Source: the human T2T-CHM13v2.0 reference genome, Homo sapiens
NCBI RefSeq assembly: GCF_009914755.1
Contig: NC_060934.1
Strand: one strand, 5' to 3'
DNA length: 64,000 nucleotides
Every line of letters begins with the position of its first letter. Position 1 is the stretch's first letter. Shown in pieces: positions 1 through 13,183 of the stretch. Made by a program: the position numbers and the translations under genes. The notes beneath the pieces are model-generated. The model had not been told where the DNA came from, ran no database searches, and saw only the letters and a program-made list of their open reading frames with translations.

Positions 1-185
1 CTAAAAAAAAAAAAAAAGCAAAACGGGGTGTGGTGGTGCACGCCTGTCATACCCACTACTCAGGAGGCTGAGGGAGAAGATCAGTTGAGTACGGGAGACT
101 GAGGCTGCAGTGAGCTATAATTGCACCACTGCGCTCCAGCCTGGACAAAAGAGCAAGACTCTGTCTCAAAAAATAAATAAAATAC
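1..185 (+). mobile_element. Alu right arm (AluJ-like), cut by the window start
   Basis: GAGGCTGCAGTGAGCTATAATTGCACCACTGCGCTCCAGCCTGG...GAGCAAGACTCTGTCTC followed by an A-rich tail. Confidence 0.93.
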
Positions 186-1044
186 AATAGAATAGGGAAT
201 GATATTTGCTAAAGTGCTACCATTGTTTAAATAAACATATTAAAATTAGATAAAGATGTAAAAGTGTTGTGAAAAGGAAAACATTTCTGTTACTGGATGA
301 CATTATCAAACTAAGCACTTGTGTGTGGCTCTGTCTACTTGAATACACAGGATATTGATTATCAAAAATTATCCAATCACGTTAAAAATAAAGCCAAGAA
401 TGTCAAAGCGTATTACTCCAGAAAAGCTTGCACACCAGGGGTGAGACGTCCAGGGCTTAGAACAGGGTGACTCAGTTTACTTCTGGTCCTGAAGACCCCT
501 GCTCAGCTGCAGGAATTGTGAGCCCCTTGCTGAAGGGGGGTGGGATGCCCGCTGGTGCCTCCACCCTTTGAAGAAGCTCCAGAAACCTCAGCACTGACAG
601 AGATTGCAATGAGAGGAGACTGAGCAGGTGGGGATTAACTAGGGGGGATGACAGGCACACAGGCAGGTGTAGGGACGTAATGAGGACAATTGCAGCAGCC
701 GCCAAGGAGGGAGACGAGAGGCCGCGGCTGGTCCGGGCTGCTTGTTGGAATCAGGCAGCTGAGGAGCTGCAGCCTGGAGCTGCGTGAACAGGGCTGGAGC
801 TTGTCTCACACATTCTCTCTTTCTAGTCCCTGCACTGGAGCAGGTGCTGAATAGATACCTACTGAGGGAATAAATCATATCCTCCTCTAACATAAGAGAA
901 ATATCCTGTCACGCACAACCTTAGCCTTGAAGTCTCCAAGTTTCTTAAAATTAGGTAACACAAAACTCGGAGTTCTGGAGTCCTGAGCAAGCATCAGGCG
1001 TGAGCCAGGCTGTGTCCTCAGCTTCCAGGGAGAGTTGCCAGTGC

Positions 1045-1125
1045 CCTGATTTTTCATCTGGGAAAACTGAGGTCCAGAGAGGTCAAGTCTTCCTGGTAAC
1101 TGGCGGTAACCTGGTATGTGGCAGC
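1045..1125. mobile_element. MIR core fragment
   Basis: TCATCTGGGAAAACTGAGGTCCAGAGAGGTCAAG resembles the MIR core (ACAGATGAGGAAACTGAGGCCCAGAGAGGTTAAG). Confidence 0.55.
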
Positions 1126-2982
1126 ACAGAGGGAAGCCTCTGTGGGAACCGACTTAGTTTTGTTAAATTTCACAAGATTTTGAAAAAGCATAAGCTCTAT
1201 TTCTATTTCTCTATTTTCAAGGCAGAAAGATGGAAACTGACAAAAATATAAGGGAGCAGAGAGTGCACCATTTTGATCCAACCCAAATGCCTAGAAGCAA
1301 GATATGAAGAATGGCCAGGGCTCTGCAGGTCGGCCCGCTCAGCTGCTCAGCCATGCCCCAGTTTCAGATAACAGAGCCCATAAGCTTGCCCAGCTGAGGC
1401 CGATCACCTCCTCCCTGGACCCCACAGCAATCACATGGTGTGGCTGTCCCTGTCAACGTCTGAGAACCCAAAGCTCCGAAAGGCTTTGGACTTACCAGGT
1501 GGGCCTCTTGCTGAATCTCAAAGTGTCCTTGGCCCTGGATGGGGATCATCCCCCCAGGACCCCCGGGCTGCCTGCAACACTCTTGTCCCAACAGTCTGGA
1601 CAGCAGGTGTCTGGCTCCTGCAGTGGGAGTTGGAGTCAGTATGATCTTCCTTTGAGCGGGGACATTTTCAGGAAGGCCCTGAGCTAGGTGAATGAGGGCC
1701 GTGTGTGGCCTGCGCATAGCGTCCCAGGTCCCCTCTCTGCCACCATCTTAGAGGAAGGGCTCTGAAGCCGGGGGTCGTTGGCCAACGAAGGATGGAAAAG
1801 CCCATTGTGAAAATGGCAGCCCTCATGCAGAGTGGGGGCTGGGGAGGGGGTGTTTCCTGGTGAACTTGTAAGAATTCTGAAAGGTGCTGGCCGTGGAAGG
1901 GAAAACTCAGATGCAGAATTGACAGTGGGCAAATTTGAACCAATAAACCTTCTGTTTATGTTAGGGCAGTTGTAAGTTGTATAAATGTGGAAACAATATG
2001 AAATAACAGCTTATTTAACACTAGTCACAGTAAAAAACTCATGCATACCTCAGTAAAAGAAACATATGTATACATATGTGCACGTGTGTGTGCACTGCCT
2101 GTTTGAAGACGCCGCAGTGATCCTGTCAATTTAATTACCAACATCCAGCTTTAAGTAAATCTCAACCATTGTGCACTATTTCATTTTGAACTGTCTGACA
2201 TTAGTTTGTAATTCCATGTGTATTACAAGGGATTTCAAGGAGATGGTTAAAAAGCAGCTTTTCTAGTAAGAAAAGAGAAAGTGGCAGGGCTTAGTAAAAG
2301 ACCTTAAATACACCATACACAAAGGCGGATGAGCCCATGCCGGGAGGGCCGGCGTGCGGGCTGGGGACGGCACCCCCACACCTGGAATTGTCCTTGAGTC
2401 TCCACAACCCGAGAACCAGCAGAAGCCCCGAGGGCCTGGACAGACACATGTCCACAGCCAGGCCCAGCAGAAGACAATGTGGAAGAAGCAAGGCAGCCCA
2501 CCGTGTCTTTTTCCAACAACACAACTCCCATAAAGATGTGATCAGGGACTCCCTTTGCAAGTCTACGATTTCTCTGTAAATACAAGCTTCTTAAGTGTCT
2601 TTAGTCTGTCTCTTTGACAAAGGAAACCACAAATATATCCTAAAACTGGGAACTGGACTAACCACCACAGTTTAAGTTGCTGGTGTTGTTGTTTGGTTGT
2701 GTTGTCCGTTTTGTTGGACTCTTTAGTCAGAGGGCAGAGCAGGAACAACTTGTCCAGAACAGCCCACCTTTCACCAGAGGAGCCTGCGTGCGCTCTGCTG
2801 CAGTGCGGACAGCCCGATGACGGCAGGTGTCGGGGGAGAACCACCCCTTCGAGGCTCTGGAGGAGCCCCTGGCACTCTGGCCGGGGACTAAAGGGAGCCA
2901 CTGAGCATGCTTCCGCTCCCCACTTTTCCTCATTTTGGCAAAACATGTGTAGGCTGGGGAAACGGTTCTGAAGCTGTGCAGG

Positions 2983-3078
2983 TCATCGGTGCTGGCCCTC
3001 CCAGGGAGGCAAACATCTGTTTGGGGCCGATCATCGGTGCCCGCCCTCCCAGGGAGGCGAAGATCTGTTCAGGGTCTG
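2983..3078. repeat. 48-bp direct tandem duplication, 2 copies
   Basis: TCATCGGTGCTGGCCCTCCCAGGGAGGCAAACATCTGTT at 2983 and TCATCGGTGCCCGCCCTCCCAGGGAGGCGAAGATCTGTT at 3031. Confidence 0.85.
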
Positions 3079-5671
3079 GCCTCCACTAATGCCACCACAT
3101 ACAGGCCAGGACAGCCTGGCACTAACCCAGCAGAAGATTCCTCGGCCTTGGAACTGTGGGCTCAGGACAGGGGTAGCTGATTTGAGGCTGGAGCCCAGCA
3201 GGACACCTTCGGGGCTGCTGAGTAATTGTGTCTTCATCAAGAACAACAAAAATGTTATTAGTTTTGGGTTTCTTCCAGAAACTGCTGGTTCCTCAAAAGG
3301 CCATGCATCTCCTAGCAATGGAAAGAAGCATGGACTAACACCTTTATTTTAAAAATCAAAAATCAAAGCAGAGGGCCCTGCCTCAGCTCTGGATGGCCAG
3401 CAGTCCTCTGAGGCCAGGATCCTGCCCAAGTCTCTGGGATCTATACCAGGTAGCTAATGAGAAATGGGCTCATGAATAAAAGAAGGGAATTGCTTCCCGA
3501 GCATGCCAGAGGAATGCTAACTGGGCTCCAGCATCTAAGCAGCCTTTAGAGCAAAGCCACAGTCATTAGTGACTCTAATGATTTTTTCCTCCTCTGCCAT
3601 GTACGATCCTTTTAGTGTTAGGAAACTATCGGTGCATGCTTGTTAGAGAGAGAAGTCTTTGAAATCCATCCAACTCTGCTCTACATCTGAGCCATTTATA
3701 ATAGAAGACTGATTAATGTTTGAGGCAACCCCAGTGAAAAGAATCTTGGCTGAAATGCTGCCAAACTTTCCATTTTTAAGGCTTGTCATCAGACTAAGTA
3801 TGCTGATCTTGAAAATGTGGGTGAGGAAGAGGAGGAAGCTCTGACGGGTGGAGGAAGGAGCACTTACCTGTCCGAGGACACATCAGTGTCACTTGGGAGA
3901 CCCCAGAGATGCCTGTCATCAAAGGCTTACTGCTAAGTATTTGATTTATTTCCATTGCAAAGAGAAATTTTGCAGAACACTGGAGTCGCCATAAATTTTG
4001 TGATATTATAGGTATCTTCATCAAACCCTAGGCTAAAAATTACATAAATTTGGAAATTTCTCAGAGGAGGAATGACCAAGGATTTGGAGAGTCAGTGAGT
4101 GAGAAGGAAGAGGACAAGGCGAGGAGGGGTCTCCTCCCACCCCCATCACCCTCCACCCACTGCCCACAGCCCAGTCCGTGTGCCTGCTGGGGCCCCATCT
4201 CCCACATCCTGGCCCCACCCCAGCCCACCCCTTCCCCCAATTGGCAGGTGTCAATCACACAGAAAACAGAAAATTATTGCAATCACCCACTGAGCAGGCC
4301 CCAGACCCCTCCCCTCCCTGTCCAGCAGCAAGAAAACCAGCAAGTCCGGTGGGGGCAGAACCCCATGAGCCTCTCTCCACCCACGGAAGGTGGAATCCCG
4401 TGAAATGTCGACATGCCTGACTAGTATGCTGGACCACAAGAGAAATTTCGGGATAAAAACCTCGAAATTTCATCTCCAATGAGCTGAGAAGCTCTGTATT
4501 GTTTTTTGCATTTGGAATGCAAATATTTGCTTGTAACAAATGAGAATGCAAAACCATTAAATAGATCAAAGCCGATAGTTTTCAATTACAAGAGGCCCAT
4601 GCAAGCGAGGTGGAGCTGGAAGATGAATGATGGTTGGAACGCGGTGTCTGGTGGTGAGACCTCTGCCTCTGACTCACTGTGCCTGGGCCCCTCCCTGGGC
4701 CACTCCCCAGGTAGGGATGCACCTGAGCAGCCACCCTCTGCCCTGCCTGTTGCCTCCTCTGCTTACAACTGTGCCTCCTGGATCGCAGGGGGGTGCAGTC
4801 ATTCCTGTTCCCTTTAGAGGTGCGGTAGCCTCAGAAGACCATCCTGGCCAAGTGAACCTGCACCCTGATTCCTAAGCCCAGCAATGGCTTGGAGACTCTG
4901 CCCTTTTGATCTCTGGCTTTGTACAAGTCTCTTGCCTCCCAAGCCTCAGCTTTTGCTCAGAGAAAAAGACAGCTGTGGTCATTGTTCTGCTGACAAACAT
5001 CTGTGGTTCCCTAGTCCTTCAGAGAGGAGGAGCTGGTCCTGCCAGCAAGGGCTGCCTCTCAAAGGTGGAGAGGCTGCTGCTGGGGGTCCGAGTTCCCTGC
5101 CCTGTGGGGCCTGATGGAAGCCTGGTTGGCGCACCCTCTGCACTCTGCTGGGATGCACATGGCCAGATGCCCGCTGGCAGAGCTGCCTGTGCCAGGCTAA
5201 TAAGCAACGTTTGCAGTGAATCTGCTCCTAGGAACATACTTGAATTCTGCTCAATAGGGAGCGTGGAGCCAAAGCCAGACATTGTTGGGTGAGGCATCCC
5301 ACCTGCACCACTCCGCCCTGCCGGAATCTTTCCCAGGGGCCTGTGGAAATGAATGCCTGGGCCCAGCTGCTGGGCAAGGAGGAGGCTGGCACTTGGTGCT
5401 TGTCCACAGCTGGACCTCTCTTGCCACAAAGAAACAAGGAAATGAGGACAGCCTGGCTTCTCAGGCAGGATTCAGAGAAGAGACTGCTCCCGCCTTTGCC
5501 CAAGGACAAAGTGTTCTGCAGAGCACTAATGCAGGTTGATCTCGTCGGGATTACAGGCGGGGTGCTGCTGCAGGCACCAGTGCCCCTGGACAGAGGCTGG
5601 AGGCTGGAGACAGTCCCCCCGGGGCCACCACAGTGTCCTCAGAGCGGGGCTGGGAAGTGCTCCTCGGCCCT

Positions 5672-5910
5672 GCTCTCTCCTCCTTCTTTCCTTTCCTTTC
5701 CCCTCTTTTCTTTCCTTCTTCCTTTCCTTCCTTCTTTCCTTCCTTCCTTCCTTCCTCTCTCCCTCCCTTTCTTCCTTTCTCTTCCCTCCTTCATCCTCTC
5801 TCCCTCTCTTCCTTTCTTTCCTCCTCCCTTCCTTCCCTCCTCTCTTCCCTTCTCCCTCCACCCTCCCTCCCTCTTTCCCTCCCTTCCTGCCTTCTTCCTT
5901 TCTTTTTTGC
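5672..5910. repeat. Polypyrimidine (TTCC/CT-rich) low-complexity tract
   Basis: About 240 nt almost only C/T; it explains the PSFL-rich ORFs. Confidence 0.95.
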
Positions 5911-6090
5911 ATTCATTTATGCTCTATTAATAAACAGCCTTTTATGTACTTTCTTTTTATTATTTTTTCACTCATTCGTCTATCCTTTTATTCATTCATC
6001 AGAATGCCCAACCTTTTACTCATTCATTAATGCATAGACTGAGCCTGTATTCCAGGGGTGCCTGCCAGGCCCCAGGCCTGGTACATTTCC
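5911..6090 (-). mobile_element. Degenerate L2 3' end
   Basis: Repeated TTCATTCATT, then ...TGAGCCTGT...TGCCAGGCCC, resembling the reverse complement of the L2 tail. Confidence 0.45.
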
Positions 6091-8267
6091 TGGCAGGGAC
6101 TCCCTGCTGGTGACATGGGCTGGGCAGCAGCACTGGTCCCAGTGTCACTTTCACAAGCCTCCCTGACTTATTTATGTTTATGGGCAACTCCCTGGGGCTC
6201 ACCTTGCTGTCAAACTTTTAGGCGTTTGAAAGGGCAACAGGCTCAGGTCTTTCCTTGGTGTGAGAGCAGCTGGTGACCCCCTCTGCAGGCTGAGCTTCTT
6301 GTCTGAGCCCAGCATCCGGCCCCAGGGTCTGCCTCCACCTGTGCTCTCTGCCCCAGCGCCCCCAGCTCAGGCCCCAGCACCCCCAGCAGAGCCTGCTCTG
6401 CCCCCACCTGCTTCCAGCTTCCTCCTAGGAGCAGCATCCTTGGGCTTCCATTGGTGAAAGAACACGGGCTTCCCACCTGGGAATCCTGGCAGCCGCCACT
6501 GCCCACTCAGGGCAGCAAAGTCAGCCCCATAGGGCTTTTCTGGGGATGGAAGCAGACTCTGGAAAAAGGCTCTTCCCATGGTTGGTACTTAAATTTGTGT
6601 TTAATTAGAGTCAAAATAAGGGCCCTTCAACAATATAATACCTCTAAATTTAGATGTTACTAAGTATTTGTTAAAAGGCCCTGAAGTCCAGGCTCTTTTC
6701 CTGTTGGTGGTGGACACAGCTCCCCTGGCCAGGGCAGTGGCTGTGTCTGGGTTGGGGAGGAGGCTTCTCCAGGGTCCTCTCAGGCCCGTGTGGTGGACAG
6801 AGCCTTCCAGAAGGGAAAGGGCTCCCTCCCACCGGGAGAGCGGCTGGGTGCAGCTGAGGGCCACGCAGGTGTGGAGTCATGCCTGGGACACTCACCAGGG
6901 CCTCCTCACCTGGGCGCTGCAGTCTCCTTTAGATGCCTCCTTTTCTTACATGTCTAACCCAAAATTACAGCTTAAAACAGTTCTTAAAAAATCAAAAAAC
7001 GGGAAACATATCATCTAAGAGAAAGAGCTGAGTGTTCACCTTGGTCACACAGAGCCCAACCCCAGCAACATCAGAAAGTAAGTCCTAAACCAATGGCCAC
7101 GATCAGAACCCTTGCCCAAAGTCCTCGATGCCTTCAGAATCATGGCTTATTTGTGGGAGCAGCAGGCAAGGGGTCTCATTTTTTATGCTGCTCTATAAGA
7201 AGACAAAACTCTTGTCTCTATCATCTGAGCTATTTGAGTCATCCAGTAGGTTTTCCTAGGAAGTTAGAAATACGCTGTAACCCTCTTGATCTGTGACTTC
7301 GCCACCAGTGAAAATGCTATCGAGATATTTTTAATCAAAAGACAGCTTAAAATGCAATAAATTTCAAAATGGAAAAGTGATAGTTCATGTATAATTGCTT
7401 TCAGAGTCCACCGTAGACCTTAGCTGAGTGGGAATTAGGGAGCGTGAGCTGGGCACCATGTTTTGCCCTCCCGCTCAGCCTGAATAACAGCACCTTGTAG
7501 GCCCCCGCAGGAAGGGCACAGGTGGCAGCCAGGGGCTGGAGCTGGACATGACCCGAGAGCCAGGGAGTCAGGTCACGGAGGAGCCGGCTCCAGCCCAGCC
7601 GCCTGCACCTACCCCATTGCTGAGGAAGGTAGCTGGGAAGCGCAGGCTCCTGGCTGAGAGGCGATACTGCGTGAAGGAGCAGGTCTGGGAATCTGTGAGG
7701 GTGTTCCCAGGGGCACAGCCGCTTCCAAAGTGGTCGTCACCGGTCAGCAGGGAGGGAAGAGGGAGGGGCCTGAGCCTGACCCAGACGCCCCCTCCACCCC
7801 AGGCCAGGCGCTCCTGCTCACCCCCGATGCCCACACCTTGCTGGTGAGTAGCTGTTCATTCTGCCCACAGGGCCGGCCCCATGCACACGTGACCCTCACA
7901 GTGGGGCAGGGCCCCGAGCTCAGGATGCCCGCCACTGACCTAATGCTCTGTGCATCATCAGGAAAGCCTCAGCCATGTTTGAATGGGAGACCCCACGTTG
8001 TCATTTTGCACCAGGACCCCGAGATTATGCATCCAGCTCCTCCCACCCTCATTGCCCTGCCGTGTGCCCTCACCCAGGCACTCTGCCGTGCTGCAGGCGC
8101 CACCTGCTCCCTGTTGCCATCTACCCAGCATCGCCTGGTCAGCGACAATGGGATGTGCCCGTCGGATCTTTCCGGGTCCCTCCTGTCCTGGGCACTGCCA
8201 GAAGAGGATCACCTAAAGGCACTACAGTCTTTGGGATGGGAGCTGAGTCACCCATACTAACCCAGCT

Positions 8268-8405
8268 GGAAGGAAGGTGGAATAAAGGAGGGAGGGAAGG
8301 AGTAAGGAGGAGGGAAAGGATGGAGGGAAAAGGAAAGAAAAAGGGACAGAGGGAGGGAAGGAAGGAGGAAGAAAGGAAGGGGGAAAAGGAGAGAGGGAGG
8401 AAGGC
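8268..8405. repeat. Polypurine (GGAA/GA-rich) tract
   Basis: GGAAGGAAGG...GAGGGAGGAAGG, almost only A/G. Confidence 0.9.
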
Positions 8406-9011
8406 CAGCTCTCTCCTCCTCTCACTCCATTGCCCGCAGATGCCTGCCCTTGGCTAAACCCCCCGCAGCTGGAGGCAGGAATCTGTGGCTGCAGCCACAC
8501 TCCCCACCTCTGCTGGTGGAAAGTAGTGCGGACCCTCCACGGGACAGATGGGAGGTGGAGGCAGAGAGGGAGAGGGGCGATGGAGCCAGGTGATGGAGAG
8601 AGGAAGCAGGGGAGGGAGGGGCTGAGGGAGTGAGTTTTGTGCATGTGGAAATCAGGTTCATGCTGGCATCCAGGTGGAGGTGTCTAACAAGCTGGGCAGC
8701 TCTCCTAGGAAGGCAGGAAAGTCTGAAAGATTTTCTTTTGCAGTTGTAAAAAAAAAAAAGATAGTTAAGTACATAAGCTTGAGTAATAAGGAAAGAGCTT
8801 TAATTGCATGGAAAATGCACTTGTGTGGGCTCAATTTATTCTTTGAGTTTTCCTAGCCGTTATTCAGGCAGCATTGAATGAGGGCTCAGTGGGCACCAGG
8901 CATGGTGCAAAGTGACGAGGATGCAGAGGTTGGTCATCGGGACCTGCCCCCAAACACATCAGGGTCTGGAGGGCCAGACAAAGACGTCAAGAGCCCGGAG
9001 TAAGCACAGGA

Positions 9012-9086
9012 TGGAGATGAGGCTCCCTTGGAGGTGAGAACCCCTTGGAGGTGAGAACCAGGATGGAGGTGAGAACCCCTGGGAGG
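9012..9086. repeat. Short 17-18 bp tandem repeat, about 4 copies
   Basis: TGGAGGTGAGAACCCCT three times plus one degenerate copy. Confidence 0.8.
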
Positions 9087-9335
9087 GGCAGAAGCATCTC
9101 AGTGTTTAAGCACCAACAGGTGAGCTGCCCAGCTGTGCAGGGATGGCTCCCTGCTGCTATGAGATTGAAAATGAAACAAGGAAGGAAATACAAAGTCACT
9201 TAAACTCGAGTTCTTAACTGTAATGTCTTCTTGCACATTTAGCTATCTTTTGTATTTTTAACTTGATTTCCTGATTTCTTGATTTCTTTTATGTGGACGG
9301 TGTGTGTGTGAGTGCAAGAGCGAGAGATTGACTGA

Positions 9336-9868
<533 letters not shown>

Positions 9869-11460
9869 CAGAAGTGATTTTTGAACTCTTTACCAATTAT
9901 AGGTATAAATACAATGTTATGTCAGATAATGTTCCTGGAGCGGCCTCGGCCCTCTCAGTCCTGTTTGGTCTGCCTTGCCACCTGCATTTCTTCACTTTCT
10001 TGCAGAGCCTGTGACTCCCATCACTGATTATCAGAGCCTGAGTCTGATCTGAAACTTCGGGCTCTAATTCCTCAGATTAAAAACAAACATAGCTAATTTT
10101 ATTATTTGACGTTCAACTTTAAATTGGAAAAAATTTAATGTCTATAGTTGATCAGACCCAGTGCAGAAGAAAGAAATTGCCATTTAAAAGTTCCAGCTGC
10201 AGCCCTGAGATGTGTTAATGACACTCACCTGCAGCTCCACACGAACTCATTAAAACTCTTAATTATACTTTTTAATGCAAAGTGGAAGGTTTTAGGTAAT
10301 GGATTCTGTGTGGTTTGCATTTTTAAACAGAAGTCCCAGGGCAGAGGCTGAGCTGGTGTCTCCAGTAGAAGCCACACTCCGAGGTCCAGCGGACCTGCCC
10401 ACTGCCCGCCGCCCACCGCGCACTGCCTGGGACCAGGATCCGATTCTCCCCATTCTTCAGGTGGGATGGGACCACCTCTTCCACAAGCGCTTTTGAAAAC
10501 TTGTGTCCCCACCATGTTGTTACTGAATTTCTCCTTGGAGGCTGGAAGAATGGGGCTATAAGGTGGAGCCCACAGGGCCCAGATGGCCAAATGCTCAGCC
10601 CACAGCAGCCGCGCAGGTGCCGGAGGCAAGGTTGTGACCACACCATGTCCTGCCATGGACAGTTCCTCTTCCTCTCGTTCCTCCCTCTCCCCCTCCCTCT
10701 CCTCCTCCATGTCCTCCTCCTTCTTTGGAGAAGCCCTGACTTTCACACCATGCCGTGGACTCCTGGTGCCATGGGCCACATCTCCCTACACCTTTTGAAT
10801 GTCCACCACAGTTCTCTAGAATGGAGAAGTAAGAGACTCCTGTGACCCTATCAACTCCAGTAGGGATGGCACCAGGTTCAAGAGGCTGGAGAAGAGACCC
10901 AGGGCCAGCAAAGGAGACATGGTGTTTCACTGGGGGCTACAGACAGGGGAGAGAGTCCAGCAGGCTGGGCAGGAGAATCGTGACAACTCAGCACCCTCCC
11001 CAAACAACCTCCACCCGGCAGCCTTCATTTACCCCAAAACAAAGGGTCTCGATCCCCTGTACAACCCGCAACCCAAGGGACAGGCTGGGGGCTCAGATGT
11101 TCCTCACAGGGAAGGAAAAAATCTCCAGGTTGGCCTCTCCTGGATTCCTTAACTCACAACGCTGAACCGCACTCAGGTGCACCTGCCATCCAGGGTCATT
11201 CTCACACTGGGCTCCAGGTGCTGCTGTCAGGCACAGTCACTGTACACTCATCCACCTAGGAGGCTGACAGTGGCAGAAGGAAGACCCAGGGCCCATGCCT
11301 GCCTACCCCAGCAGGGCATCAATGTGGAGGGCAACAGCAAAACCACAGAAGGGCTGTGTCCTTCACTCAACAAACACCCACAGGGGACTGACCCTCACTG
11401 GCACAGAGCCACCTGCACACAGGTGAGCACAAGGGGCTGTCATAGAGGCTATAATAGATC

Positions 11461-11856
11461 ACACAGGGGTGTGATGGATACCTGCACTCAGGTGAGTACA
11501 CAGGGGTGTGGGGGAGACCTAGACTGAGGTGAGCACACAGGGGTGTGGGGGAGACCTGCACTGAGGTGAGCACACAGGGGTGAGATGGAGACCTGCACTC
11601 AGGTGAGTACACAGGGGTTTGGGGGAGACCTGCACTCAGGTGAGCTCACAGGGGTTTAGTGGATACCTGCACTGAGGTGAGCACACAGGGGTGTGGGGGA
11701 GACCTGCACTGAGATGAGCACACAGGGGTTTAGTGGATACCTGCACTCAGGTGAGTACACAGGGGTGAGATGGAAACCTGCACTGAGGTGAGCTCACAGG
11801 GGTTTAGTGGATACCTGCACTCAGGTGAGCACACAGGGGTGAGATGGAAACCTGCG
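11461..11856. repeat. 37-bp VNTR, about 10.5 copies
   Basis: Unit ACCTGCACT(C/G)AGGTGAG(T/C)ACACAGGGGTGTGGGGGAG; ACCT recurs at 11480, 11517, 11554 ... 11850. Confidence 0.96.
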
Positions 11857-13173
11857 CACAGAATCAAATGACACATGTTTGTGGAGCCTGGGTTGAAGGA
11901 CGGAAGCACAGTGGCTGATGACCCGGGAACTCAGGATATGGTGCCAGCAAAGCACAGGCTGGAAGCCAGGATATGAGACTGCGCATGTGCAGAGCTGGAA
12001 TGGGGTTGTGGTTGAGATCTCTCCTTTGAGAACTTTTACAACTCAGAATGCAAGAGCCTTCCCACGAAAGCACCAAATTTGACTGCTGCTCGGGGAGTCT
12101 TCACTAGGTTGAAACAGAGGGGATTCCACCGCTGCAATGGAACCAGCACGGTGGAGGTTCCAGGACAGCAGGCTGCATGGAGGAGTCAGGCTCCCGGGAA
12201 AGGTGACAGGCTGTAAGTGCAGGAAACTGGGGAAACAGCCACCCGAGTGTCAGTTTTCTCACCGCTGCAGAGTGTGGAGAATGCACAGGGCCTGGGCTTT
12301 GAGGCATCTGTGTGACTAGCCAACCACAGTGGAATGGCTGGGCTCCCTCTTTCATGTTGTTTAATTTCTCCACTGTCACGGCAGCCACAGGACCACTGCA
12401 CAGACAGACACACAGTGGAGCAGACAGAGCTTTTGAAACTGGAATCTGAGCACTGGAGAAGGGAACCAGGGGTATCGCTCCCAGGATGAAATGGGGACTT
12501 CTTTCAGCATCCTCTGGGGCGGCAATTAAAATCGGTTTTTGTTCCTGAAACCAATTGACACTATATTGTTCAATAAATGTCTCTAAGGAGAATGAATAAT
12601 GCCATCATCGTTCAACACAGTCCTTCAACCTTTGAGACTCGTTAACACAGGTTAGGCTCAAATGCCCAGTGAGATGTGGGGGCTGTTCCGTGCAGGTGGG
12701 CGGGTGCCCTGGAGCTACAGGCTTTGGTTGGTAAGATGGTCTAGCAGATAACATGGGGTGGGGAGACGGGAAGGACGGCGGGCTTCCCGGGGAGGGCTGA
12801 GCTCATGGGGGATCTTCTCCACATCTCCATGAAAACCTTCACTAGAACCTTGACCACTTCAACTCTGGCTCTTGGCAGCTGCCTTAAGAGGCTAGGACAG
12901 AAAAATGGACTTTCTGTGTTAGAGCCAGCAAAGGGGGAAGCAATGCACAAGGGCAGTTTCCCTCCTTAAATCACACATCCATACAGGTGTGGCTGGGCTG
13001 CAGTGTACGGAAAAGATTTTTAATATTCACCCGCGTGGAGTCCTCAGGACTGATTGGAAGTGATCTGTTCAAATGTCAATGCCATTCATCTTTAATGAGA
13101 AGATGAACCCTCCCGACCTTATGAGTCTTTGGAATTAGAGAATACATTGGTTGATATCCTGTCATTTTCAAAA

Positions 13174-13183
13174 CCAAATAAGG
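13174..13183. promoter_or_regulatory. Consensus CArG box (SRF site), CCAAATAAGG
   Basis: Exact CC(A/T)6GG in non-repeat DNA; a motif match only. Confidence 0.3.

Noticed and set aside
2062-2096. 18-bp palindrome ACATATGTATACATATGT
   Set aside because: It arises trivially inside an alternating purine-pyrimidine simple repeat
11461-11856. CRISPR-like appearance of the 37-bp periodic array
   Set aside because: Head-to-tail units with no unique spacers, no cas genes, and a primate context
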